Below, piece after piece: positions 51,889 through 64,000 of a stretch of 64,000 nt of DNA. Source of the stretch: Auanema rhodensis (lineage: Eukaryota; Animalia; Nematoda); contig OZ059898.1 of the NCBI GenBank assembly GCA_964057225.1, positions 4,588,001-4,652,000 of the forward strand, read 5' to 3'. Position 1 is the first letter of the stretch. Each line of letters starts with the position of its first letter. The notes under the pieces were generated by a model. The model did no database searches. It was not told the DNA's origin and saw only the letters and a list, made by a program, of their open reading frames with translations. A program made the translations under genes and the position numbers.

Positions 51889-53520
51889 TTAGTGAGTACT
51901 TCGAGGACGAATAGGATAATGTGTAACCGCTCCCGCTATTGCCTCAATCCATGCCTAAACGTTCACAAAAAAGACTAAATAAGTGAAAACAATTGAATAC
52001 CCGTAAATCTTCCTGATTTGCTGCACATATACGGTAGACGGAATGCGTTCCTTCAACCATACGGCCATCCTGCTCTGTTTTACAAGCTTTAATACGATCA
52101 TCAGATAAAGAAAATATCTGAAATTTAAAAAATAGTAAATATAATAAGTAGGATCCTTACTTCAAACATATGGGGTCTGCTTCCAGCTTCTACACGGCGA
52201 ATACCAACATTTTGTAACGGAATAATTCCACGAGGTTCACGATCAGTAGAATTTTCAAAATAATACAAACATTGTTCACTCAACACAAACCTACATAAGA
52301 AAACCATAATTTAATTTCAAAATGAGACTATTACCATCGTTTTTTCCAAGCAAGAGGACCTGCCATAAACTGTCCGCTACTTTGTTTATAAAGCCAACCC
52401 TCCCTAAATTTAATAGAGATTAACACCTATGTTTTAAAACAAATTTTATTAAAATAATTACCTATCTGCGTTCAAATGTATTTCAGCAGATCCAGTTTCA
52501 TCTTGGGGCATTGCGAACTCTGCACTTCTTAGGGAATCATATATAGCTGTCAGAATTGCTATTGTAACCATTTTTTTTGTTAAATATTCCTAATATCAAA
52601 AATACATAACCAATGAACAAAATGTATTATATAAACATACCTTGCACATATCTATATACCCTTCGAGAGTTATTCTATCTTTTACATTAGGATTATATAG
52701 CAAGGTGTTCAGCATTATACATGAAAATGAAATTGAATGGCATGCATCAGCTGATTCAAAAGACTGAGGATTAGCAGAAACATACTGCAAATAATGATGA
52801 TTAAAACTCTGAAATCAGAATCAACATACTTTTCTTGAAAAGCTATCCATTATGCGATCAATTTTTTGGGCTTCTCCTGGTAATCGAAAACTCTTTAAAA
52901 ACAATCTAAAACGAAGTATAAAACAACAATATCAAAAACACAACTAACCTAATAGCATCTACCAAAAATAAATTGTTGAAATCAAAACATTTTACGTATT
53001 CTTCCAAAACTCTGATAGGTAACTCGTCGTGGAGTCCAAGATAATCTCCAATAGCACTCTTCGATAAACCTTCAGTCTATATCAATTTTTTAAAATATGA
53101 AAACAAACAAAAAAACTAACCTCAAAAAGCCACTGTGCTATTGATCGTTCACCGTTTAATAAGCCTCTGTCGAGTAAATATTGAATACCATTAGCTGGAT
53201 CTTTATTAAATCTTTTTCGACCTATCAAAATGAGTACATAAATAAAAATACTATTATTATTAAATAATTACCATTTGCGATTACTTTCATTCGTGATTTA
53301 CCACTCTCATCTACATAGTACATTGATTCAAGTTCGTTATCAACTTCTTTCAACTGTTAAATGAAAGTATTATAAAAAAATTGCTTCATATCTTTACCTC
53401 ATTTTTTATATGTTCAATTTCATCCAATAATTCCATTTTTCTTTTTCTCAAACCCCTGAGTTGTCCACGATCCAACTCGGTCAAATCTGACCGGTTGTAA
53501 ACGCAGTTGGGACGACTCAT
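51889..53520 (-). CDS. grp-1: Cytohesin ARF-GEF (coiled coil, Sec7, PH domain)
   Basis: GRKRFNKDP; [12 protein letters not shown]; [14 protein letters not shown] (catalytic Glu); [14 protein letters not shown]; EGWLYKQ...WKKRWFVL; [21 protein letters not shown]. Confidence 0.96.
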
Positions 53521-53649
53521 TTTCGATTTAATCACCACAACTCAGCATATGTATTTTCTTCAAAAAATATTATGAATATACAAATTATCAACGATATATA
53601 AAATTAACTAAAGCATTAAAATAAAGCAATCATATAACAGTAATTATGC

Positions 53650-53915
53650 ACAAAGCAGTCACGGAACCGCGACAATGACGCCTTTAGCACACATGAAAAA
53701 CGTCATTGCCGCCTGGCCCCTTGAAGGTGTGGTGTCTAACAGGCTAAAGCAATGGAAGTAAACATAAGAGAATCAAGTAAACAACTGTTTTCCAAAAATT
53801 GAGTACTTCTTATAATCAGAGTTGTGTCTCTGTGGGCTACCTCGCTTGGAATAGCGATATATTCGGTTCAATTTAGCTGTTCGTGTAGTACTAAAGCCTT
53901 ATGGCCACAAGATAT
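53650..53915 (-). ncRNA. Candidate structured non-coding RNA between apc-2 and grp-1
   Basis: GC-enriched block downstream of the apc-2 AATAAA (53957-53962). It has several hairpins, an Sm-type AATTTTTGGA (53791-53800), and a 17-bp stem that pairs fully only on the minus strand. Confidence 0.4.
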
Positions 53916-54014
53916 AAAAACATCAACACGTAAAATTAACAAAATTATAAATTATTTTTATTTGTAAAAAAACATGAGAATGAAAGATCAGTGAGTACGC
54001 GTTTTTATGTACAA

Positions 54015-57000
54015 TTATGGAGCTGCCGGTTCCTTCACAACTTTGAATTGACCATTATTATATTCCAAAAGATTAGCTTTAACCTTTCGGAAAAGAAAAG
54101 CAGTGACTGTTTCCAGACTGGGGCACTAATATCGTAATGTTGAATTGTTATAAAGATGAATTTCAAGTACCTGAGAGCTCGGAGACCCGAATAATCTATA
54201 CATCCGATGAATTCTTTCGGCTTTGACATTGTCGTTTTGTGCCTAAATGTTAAAATATGTATTACGGACATTCATCATGCGTTTACAATGAAATTTTTCG
54301 TATACATCCAATACACTTCTAAAGCATCGATAGCATCAGCTGCGTCATCCAAAGCTGTTTCATCTTCGTCTTCAGATTCGTCACCTTGCTTGCTATTATC
54401 TAACGCAGTAGCATTTGATACAAGTTTCCAAACTTCACAAGTTCCGCCTCGTGGTAATTCCTAAAAAAATAGGTAAATATTCCAAATAATTTATACCTGA
54501 TTAAGTAATCCTTGAGCAGTCCACCATTCCAGTCGGCGCTTTGCTACTGATTTGGTGATTTTTAAAGCTTCTGACACTTCAACAGCGGTCCAATCTTCTA
54601 AAAAAATTATCGAAGTATTAGATCATATAAATTTGTAATTTTTAACCTTTCTGACAGTACAAATAAAGTACTGCTGCATGAGCGTTCGATACGATTTTTT
54701 CCGCTGTTACTCCACCAATTTCAAGTGTAATATCGACAAATCTTCAAATAATATAAATATAGCAATATAGCTCGCAAAGGCAAACCCTCGAGCACGAAGC
54801 CAGTTAAGTTTCCTTGACGTTTTCATTTCACAATATCTGGTTTCATATAAAGCCAATGCTTTTTCTAATTCAACAGGGAGAGCCTTAAATTAAAAAATTA
54901 GGAATAACTATAATGAAGTTCACTGACATTAACTTCGTCTTGATCAGTAGCTGGCCAAAAATGAGAAGAAATTATACAACCATTAATGGGTACAGCCTAA
55001 ACTTTCAAATTATCAATATACTTCACATACAACATACTGGATTTGCAGAAGCAGCTATGTCAAATCTGATACTGTCTTCTACATCTCTCAGCATTACTTC
55101 ACATTGTTGAAGTTCACCATCATTAAAGCGTAACTTGAGAACATCCAGATAACGCTTTTCAAATCCAGGCTGAAATTCATTTGATATTCAAGTAGAAAGA
55201 TAAACTGTTTACATCCTTAGTAGAAGAAGACATAAGCCTTTCAGCCAGAAGTTTTCTGTATTCTTTCACAAATAATTCTTTACTGCCGTACACAGATATA
55301 AGCATATTGAATACATCTGCAGATTGTCTGGCATGTCCACTTTGTCCTAAGATTTCTAGAGTAAAATCAGTATGTAACATATTTCGATACCAGGTGCTGC
55401 ATCAGGTGGATCTGGTTTCCAACTTTTCCAAGTCATGCATTCCATTGCTTCAGGTAAGAAATCATCATTCGTTCCCGCAAATAATTCTTCATCCAATATC
55501 GTTCCCTTTTTTGAGATCTATAGAATAAGATCAGTTAGTAAAATATAAAATCAGAAAAGGAGGACACACACCAGTTGTTTAGATAATTGATCACGCTTTT
55601 CGGACGTGATATAGTTAATAATTTTCCGTACAGTATCGGGCCTCCTCCTATATAACAGAACATCTATTCAGTAAACAAAAATAGTTTTAATTACTTCAAA
55701 TACTCCTTGATAACTGAGCAAACTCTGTGCATAATGGCACAAGAAGGATCCAATTCTCGAAGAGATTCCACACAAGAAGCATAACCATCAAGCATTATCG
55801 TTGTATCCTCAGCTTAAAATGTATGCTTACAGAATATGGAATTTGAAAAGCTTACCAACATTCAGCAATTTTTCAGATACGTCATTAATTAATTGTTGAA
55901 CGAGGCGATCTCTTCCATAATTACTGCTTTGATCCATGCAATTCCTCAAAACAAGAAGAGTCTTCATTGATTTCGGAAAATCAGTCACTGCTAATCTGTA
56001 TATCTAATATAACCTAATTGATTACATACAAAACATTAGAAATTTTCTTGCCTTCTTAATTAAATAATCTATGATGATCATCTCATATGTTAACGGACTT
56101 TGTACGGGGATTTTTCCAACTTCAGGGTACGGCTTATCAGAAATTTCAGGGAGAGCACCACTCCATGATTCCAGTAAAGTTAAAACCTATAAAACAAAAT
56201 ATCATATCGTTATAAGATTTTTTATTACAGCATCAACGCTTTTTTGTTCGAGGTTGCCAGTAGATGAATAAATATGGTCAATTAATGCATAAGTGATTGT
56301 ATGATGAGCACGCATAAATGCAATGTTGATTATGCTTCTAATTCCCAGATTACCAAATATTCCAAACAATCTGAATATTTTGAATTCCTGTATATAAAAT
56401 CGAATAAACTAACAAATTATGAACAATATTCCGTTGAATATCTAAGTATCTACCGTACTGACTTTCATTCTTATATGCATCTTGAAGTTCGCTTTTAATT
56501 TTGTCGCAATACAAATAATGGTCTATTTTATGATGAGGCAATGATATAACTAAAAAGATGTTTTGCTATGTATAATTTTATAAATACCTTGATAAATTCT
56601 AAAATTGAGCATAAAAAATGGCATGAACTGTTTTCCCATTGTAACAACTTCATAATCACAAAACATACAAGTCGGCACTAGTTGTTTCGCTTGTTCTGTA
56701 GCAGCCGGGGATGCTTTCAACTGTACTAGAACCTAAATTTTCAAAAAGATTCAAGTGCACATGTTATTTCAGCGTACATGTTTGATAAGATTTTGAAAGC
56801 CCTTGACAATATCTTCACAACTGGTCATATTTTCAAGATCTTCAAACCGAATACATGACAAACTAACAAGCCATTTCGCTACCATATTGCGAAGTGACTT
56901 TCCTATGAACAATCTAAACAACCTTGATTGGCAAATATAATTGTGCAAACAGCCAACTTGAAAGTATGAAGTAGCCATTGGTCCGGGTAGAATCCAGAGT

Positions 57001-57112
57001 TAGTATCAACACTGGAAGGGTCAGGAAGCTTGTATTCAAATCGAATCGAATTTTTAGAAACAGGATCAATTAGGCTAAGGAACGCCTTCCCTGTGGTGTT
57101 ATGGCTAAGCAT
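54015..57112 (-). CDS. apc-2: Anaphase-promoting complex subunit 2 (cullin homology plus APC2 winged helix)
   Basis: AVTDFPKS; KLLNV; SLRELDPS; YLKRRPDTVRKII; WEKLETRS-region cullin block; DVFNMLISVYGSKELFVKEYRKLLAERL; LKLRFNDGELQQCEVMLRDV; RKLNWLRARG; KRRLEWW; YWMYTKNFI. The start codon is tentative (ttgtag acceptor just upstream). Confidence 0.92.
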
Positions 57113-60100
57113 AGGGAGCTACAATGCACAAAGACGATCCACTAAGCTTAGTAAAGTGCAAGTACTGGATTTTTTGAAAAAATACGCAATACAGCGTATA
57201 AAATTAGAATTTATTACGTACAATTCTTATTGAAAAAGTAACACACGAGATATACATGCCTTTACTAGAAAAAAATGTTATATGGTATAATGAAACATGA
57301 AATTACTCTCTTAAAAATATTAATTGTTTTAAACAGGGAAAGATTGAGATTGTAATTCTCAGCGAAAAGATTAGGAGTTTCTAAAAAAAGTTTTCTTGGG
57401 AAACATCTTCATTTTAATAAAAATAAGATTAGGAAATAGCGCTACATTTTGTAATTTGAAAACCTCAAAAATACCCCGGAAATAGCTTTAGTATTCTTCA
57501 CCTGTTAAAGTTTTTTTAGGAAAAAGAACTTGTAACAGTATGTTTTTTCTATGATCATTTTTCAGATAAAGCAAATGTTATATTTTTATTTTAGCACTGA
57601 TGTTCTTTAGACTTGGATGTTTGAATTTTAATAAAGGAAAACCTCATTTCCAAAGTGAAAAGCTTATTTTTTTCTCCTCTGCGTCACTGATGTAGAGGGC
57701 TCTGCAAAAAGCTATAGAAGGAATAAGAGTAGAATCGATGCTTTCGGCCAGCTTCATTGGCGCGACTCGGCTCTTGCTTTTAGACTAACTAGTGGCTACC
57801 TTCAAACGTAGGCATAACGTCAAGACATAGGTTGGTTGTACATATTTGTCTACAATATTTTTTTCGCCTTTCCATTTTTAACTATTTTGCTTATAAATTA
57901 TTTCAAATCATAAGGTCATGTATCTCGGAACCATTACATGATTTCAAATGAATTGCTATTTATTATTTTATGTCTCATATTTATAGGGTATCATCTGTTG
58001 TTGCTAAAATGCTGTTCTGCTCCGAAAGACATTAGCACATTCAACTTACATGGAATAGTACTTTATGAGAAATATATCATTTTAAAAAACTGGTTAAAAC
58101 TCATTGGAGGTTAGTTTTTTTTACAAATTTATCTTTACCACATAATGTTCTCTTTTCTTCTTTCACTTTGCTAGCATTTTTGGCAGATGTTTTGGATTAT
58201 TTCATTCAACACCTGCATATCTGTTCTATCATTAAATACTTAGGTGATACGAAAAATATATATTAATTACCTTTCCTTTTATATATCTTTCACGATCTCT
58301 TTGTTTTTTTTTTCGCGAATCTATAACTCTTAAATGAAGATAATTTTGATTTGCTCTCAAAGTGTAACTTTTGATAGCCAATGATGACATAAGCGACTTT
58401 TGCCGATTTAGGTAACCATTCCCAGCAATTGACACTTTTTAACCTTTAGTATCATTTTGAAAAATAATAGACCAGTTTATTTGCTCATCGGTCAGTTACC
58501 TTTGTTATTGACTTTTCGTATTTTCTACACTTTATCATTAAGCTGCTTGGGCATTGATGATGACCTCTACCAACTAGTTCAAATCAAAGATTCGGTTTTA
58601 TTCTTTCAGTCATATTTCATCAATGAAAATTCTTTGCATAAATCTGTTAATAACAAAATGCTTGTTAGGTCAAAAACCGCCCTCTTCATGCTCCCCGACC
58701 CTCTCACAGATGGCGACTATAGCTAAATCTCGACAAGTACGATCGGTCGCGATTGTTAATAGGAAAAAACCAAAAGGGTTTTAGACCTTCTTCATTAGTA
58801 CTTCAATGCAAGAGCTCATTGGGTATTCATGGCTCTACAACCAGGCTTACCATATGTGGTTAGAGCTTTTTCGTTAATGTTACTAGCTGTCATTGCTTGA
58901 TCATGTCAAATCAGCATTGTTAATAGAATTACTTTTCTCGATTACTTCAATGTATTGCAGACTACATTCATTTTCGTCGATATTTTCAGTGTCTCCCATT
59001 AAGAAATTTGTTTATTTGATTTGTATGCCACAAGATGGGAGAAAGTGTCTGAAATACGAGGTGGATATTCAATCAACCTTGACCATTCTCTCTCATTCAT
59101 AATTCTCGTTCTGTCCTCATCATTGGACTAAGTTTGATTCTGCTCTTATTTTCTGGTTTTCATATCTTTTGTACCGTTTCCTTTCTTCCCATTTTAACTG
59201 TTCCCAATATTATGTGCTGAACACCCAATATTGCTGGCTGCACTGTCTGTCAGGTCCACTTTCTTTAGTCTGACCTGTCGACATCTGCTATCATTTCAAC
59301 ATGTATCATCGTCTTCATCAACCATTAGAACATTCTCACACTTTCTTATTGTTGGAATTTATTTGAAACACGTTCCAATATTATTAGTTTTAATCTTGGT
59401 TATGAAATGAATAAACTATGTGAGTTTTCACAGCAAATAACTCAACTAGTTGACACATGCTTTGTTTATATCGTTGTTTCCTCCAAGTTTTAAGTTTCAA
59501 AATTGAGTAACCTTCAGAGCTAACTGCTATGCGTGCTGTTTTACTCTCATCTCACAATATGTATCTCAAATTTTTATTGTTGTGGATCTATATTTCTAAT
59601 TTACATTGATGTTGCTATGAATATAATGATCGCATGGTGAAATAGATGAATTGGTGCACGCATCTACATAATTTAGTCTTCAATTGTAACAGTGATCATA
59701 ATCAAGGTCTCTCCAAAAATGCTAATACATGATCATGAGTACCACTTCAGCAATATTTACATGAGAATTAAAAACACTAAATGAACCACCAAGTTAGTTC
59801 GATGATGGTTCTATAGGGACTTTGTCCATATACCCATATACATAATTGACAATGGCTGTAACCAAGTATAATAAAGATCTTGGGTGTTCAATGATATGTT
59901 TGTACACTTCTGTCTGTCTATCATTTACCCTTCCTTATATATCCTATTTGTTCTCAATATCATTAACCGTATGCCCAACAAATCTGACACTGCATTCGAC
60001 AGAGCTTCAACTTCACTGTAAATTTATCTATTTTATTTAGCTAGCATTTTCGAACGAAATGCTCTAACTATCTTTTGTAACGTTTAAGTTGTATGTCTTC

Positions 60101-62274
60101 ACTTCTATCTTCTCTTATAAACTATCTTGTCATTTGTCGGTTAACTCTTTTGGTTAACATTTTATTAATATTTTATTATCGTGCTACTGATAAAGTTAAG
60201 TGGCATCGTGTGCCGTTCGGAATCGTTAAATCTGTGTATGCATGAACTACTAGAATGCTTCGTCCAACCCACTGCTTAATTTTGTTTACATATATATATA
60301 TGCGCTGTATTGTGTTCTCCGTTCTCAAACTCTAGTGTTTTATCGACATCTTCTGTTCATATACAATAAGTTACGTCAGTCATCATCTTTTCATTAAAAA
60401 TTAATTTTGGCGATTTCGTGTAATGGTTGTCTCTAGACCCGTAATTTGGAATTACAATTCTTTTTGTTGTTTAATATCATATATTTTGTGTCGCTCAAGT
60501 TTTCTTCCTCTATTTCTATTGTCTCATCGGGTTGGGATGTCGTTTATGTTTTTGCCGGTATATGGGTTTCTGACAGCCTGAACATCATTTTCAGTCTCCG
60601 TCTATATTCAGTAAGAAAGCCAGGCCATGACCTCGATTGATGGCGGTAACAATCGTCGAACACAGCACACGGCACTTAAGACTGAATGAACTATCAATTT
60701 TATTTTTTGTCTCACACACTACCCTATATTTCTGAAATTTTACCAAAACTTGTCACGAAGTGCCTTATTTTTTTTCTTAAAAAAAAACTATTTGATCGTA
60801 ATCTTTGACGTTGTGATTGTGTAAGCATCTGCTTTCCAATTCGTTTTAGAGTTTCCTCATAGGATATTTTTGAGTGAAAGAGTTTTCTGTTTTTAGAGTT
60901 CTGAGAGTTGCATGACGCCAGTACGATGTTTTTTTAGTCTCTTCTCGTATATATAATATAGAATTTTCATTTGTATTGCTAAACTTTCACCACTTCTAAC
61001 TGCGCTTTTGATTTATATAGACTTTGTATATATGTACATTGTGAACTTTAGTTCCAGCTGTAACATGCTCCCTAATATGATGACTGAATTTCCCAGCTCT
61101 TTGATGAAATTTGATTATTGCTCTTTTAAGTCTGCTTAGAATCTCTTGTAATGCCTCGTTGGGCTGCCTGGCCTATTAGTTGTATTATGATGACATGACT
61201 TGTTCGATTTCTAATTACTTGAAAGCTTTTCGTCACTTGTAGTCACCCGTCTTTTATTCATATTTCGGACATGGAAGTGAACGCATTTCTAATTTTGGTT
61301 GATATTTATGACTAGAAAACATGATTTACGTAAAGATTATTATGCTTGATAAGTGTGTCATGTTGGTTGAAAGTGACATGTATGACCGTCTTCTTCAATA
61401 CTGTCTTGGCACAGTTTCAGCGATGAGCCTACAAGATAAAGCGACAATTATTTGTTATTGATTCTTTGATACACTTTAGCTCAAGTCTAATTGAAATATG
61501 GACATGCTTCTATTTCATTTTACCTTAACTTTCAATGTTATTCCTTATTTTTGAATAAATTTGTATTCATTAAGATATTCATCGTTATTTCATTCTTTTT
61601 AAAAAGCATGAAAACTTTCAACTATGTGATGTAGCATTTGTACTTTCCTTGAATGTTTTCTCTCGTATATCTTGCCTCAAAATCTAAATATATGACAAGG
61701 TAATATAATTTGAACATTAAGTTATAAAGGTGTTCATATTTTTTCCCATATCTTGTGCTCATATATCAATTTTGTTCTCAAGCACAGCTCGAAACTTTTT
61801 AGGCTTGCTCGCTTTTCGCCTATTGTATCAGTTTGTTGCGTGAATTATTTCTATACTTTGGTAGCACTTTCCCATTATATATTATCTGTTTTTTTTTTAA
61901 ATAGTTTCACTAAGTTTTACGAAAATGTGTAGTATTATATATATGGTTATTCTTCTAGTTGTTCGTTTATGATATATTATGCCCCAAGGATATCTAATGA
62001 TGTGGCATCTCAATCTTTGAATTTTGCCCACTTGGCCATCATCTTGAATATTATTGACATACGCGCTAACAATTCATATTCGTTTTCATTGTCATTAATT
62101 CTTGAACTATTTCAATATCTTGTATTTCTTTTCTTTTCAAATAGCCATACACTAGATTAATTTTCATTGTCCACTTTCGCTCTTCTTCCATTCCATGTTT
62201 ATTTACTGAGTACTTAGCATTTGTAAAAATTTATTATGTTCTTCCAGGTAGAATGAGTGAGCATAAACAATAAG

Positions 62275-64000
62275 ATGAAACCTCGGATAATAGGATTGCA
62301 GTTTTTACTGTCAACTTACATTATATCGTCCCTGGATATATTGGTTGATGCCGTTCCATGCTCATACAAAGTAAGGATTTTTTATATTAAGTAACATGTG
62401 CTACATATTCATATTCAATTTACTTATTTGAAAACTTTATTCTTGTTTGGATTAATTCTTTTTCTTGCAATCTTTCCTATGATTTTGGTTAAGTGTTAAT
62501 CTGTAAAGTAAATAAAACCTGTCGGGCTACCAAAGCTGAATCACACAAGGATGAACCGGCGAACTGTGCTTATATGGAAGGAGAAGTGAAGCGTTCATTA
62601 CTAATCTATTTAATCTGTTTCCTTCTACTATTGTACTTACTGATTAACCGCGAAGTTATGATTTCAGACACCACGAGTAGAAAATGTTTTGCTTGAAGTA
62701 CCATTGGGAGTGGAAGATGAACACGACGAATATGAATCTTCTTCGAGAGCTCGTCGATCGACAGAAGATGTCTTCCTACCTTTACGCATAAGACTTCATT
62801 TTGATGATTCAATACGTAATTTGACGCAAGAAAAGCAACTTTATGTTAACGTAATATAAATTTAAGTTTTTGATGATTATATTGACCTTTCAGAGCTCTT
62901 TGCTACCGGAAGCTGCAGGCTTTTGGGAGCGAGCGTTACGAGTTAAACGAACATCTGAAGCTCCTATTCGGCTACGAAGGTATGTCATCATTTTTTTGTA
63001 GTAATTATCTTCTTGTTTGCAGAAAATGCATATCGTCTTTTTATTATTATCGCAAAGATAAACGAGCTTTAGCTTGTGATATTGGCTGTCGTGATATAAC
63101 AAAATGTGGAGAAGCTATAATTCCTCAAGATCATCTTCTCGTATGTTAATACTCTTAATTTTTTTAAAATCAAAGTTGTTTTAGGACTGCTCTTATTGCA
63201 CGTCTTCGGATGACTGTTTCAATAGTGGAATAAATGGGCCTGGTATACAAGATGCTGATTTTGCACTATATGTTACAGCAATAGCCACTCAAAGGTTATT
63301 CTTTTGTTTTTTTTTACTATGTTTTCTAACTGTTTATTTTGTTGTTTTATACCTTGTTTTTCTAATTCTTGAAATTGTAGATGTGAGATGCCTGATACTC
63401 TAGCTTACGCAGCTCATTGTCAACAAGAAGCAGAACTAGACAGGTGCGTTTTGTTGATATGGTTCCAAATTAATTTCAAAACTATTTTTAGGCCTATTGC
63501 TGGTCATGTAAACCTCTGTCCACAGGCTATTTCTACTCATAAACATGATAGAGAAATTCTTGTTTCGACTGTTAAGCATGAATTACTGCATGCCTTAGGC
63601 TTTTCTGTTGGCCTGTTTGCTTTTTTTAGAGATGAAAACGGGAAACCTAGAACTAAGAGGCTTGTTTATTGAGTTTTTCTGCTTTTAATTTGTGGAAGTG
63701 TATTTTAGAAACAGCTACGGAAAGCCACTGACTCTTAACAAAGAAAAAGGAATTTACTTATGGGATTCCAATACTATTGACACTATTCTTCGTTTAGATT
63801 GGTGGACTGGAAAGGGAAAAGTAGGAATCCCTCATTGATATTGATATTATTTTTTGTTTTTAGACTGTTCATCCGGTACGAATGATGGTTACTCCAAAAG
63901 TACGAGAAGAAGCTAGAAAACATTTTGGTTGTGATAATCTGGAAGGTGCTGAATTAGAGAACCAAGGAGGTGATGGTACTGCTTTAACACATTGGGAAAA
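62275..64000 (+). CDS. Leishmanolysin-like / invadolysin M8 metallopeptidase; 3' end lies outside the window
   Basis: Signal peptide [12 protein letters not shown]...DAVPC; furin-like RARR; PLRIRLHFD; [13 protein letters not shown]; DADFALYV; [24 protein letters not shown]; zinc motif [10 protein letters not shown] (63577 onward); [32 protein letters not shown]. Confidence 0.95.

Noticed and set aside
53875-53913. Plus-strand fragments resembling U2 snRNA (CTGTTC, GTGTAGTA, GCCTTATGGC)
   Set aside because: The pieces are in the wrong order for a U2 gene or pseudogene; kept only as possible antisense elements of the minus-strand candidate.
53650-53915. Possible telomerase RNA
   Set aside because: No template complementary to TTAGGC (GCCTAA with flanking repeat) on either strand.
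61309-61330. TGACTAGAAAAC, resembling miR-44/miR-279 family
   Set aside because: Only patchy pairing with the upstream sequence.
57300-62250. Several 60-90 aa ORFs in the 5-kb divergent region between apc-2 and the M8 protease
   Set aside because: No coherent exon chain or motif; the T-rich plus-strand skew fits a long outron/regulatory region. No tRNA, rRNA or intact transposon was recognised here or elsewhere in the window.

Overview
AT-rich eukaryotic DNA with many short (~40-60 nt) GT-AG introns, TTTCAG/TTTTAG-type acceptors and (AT)n/(CT)n microsatellites. It is most consistent with a clade V (rhabditid) nematode; the species cannot be determined. I spliced 15 protein-coding genes by hand. 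In order: a 5'-truncated mucin plus 9x TSP1 gene; a theromacin-like 10-Cys secreted peptide missed by the ORF track; a METTL18-like methyltransferase-fold gene with degenerate motifs; a TMEM120 lacking its usual N-terminal coiled coil; hlh-4; smr-1/SPF30; mig-22; an Srx-like chemoreceptor; an intron-rich gene whose DNA-binding module resembles a pogo/CENP-B transposase N-terminus without a DDE domain; a long-chain acyl-CoA synthetase; a divergent basic transthyretin-like protein; an FBA_2-like gene; the co-oriented vms-1/grp-1/apc-2 cluster (a probable operon); and a 3'-truncated leishmanolysin/invadolysin-like protease. The strongest leads are the macin-type peptide, the apparently domesticated transposase DNA-binding gene, and a structured, Sm-site-containing ~270-nt block between apc-2 and grp-1 that looks like an unannotated ncRNA. 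All homology calls are by eye from remembered family motifs; no searches were run.
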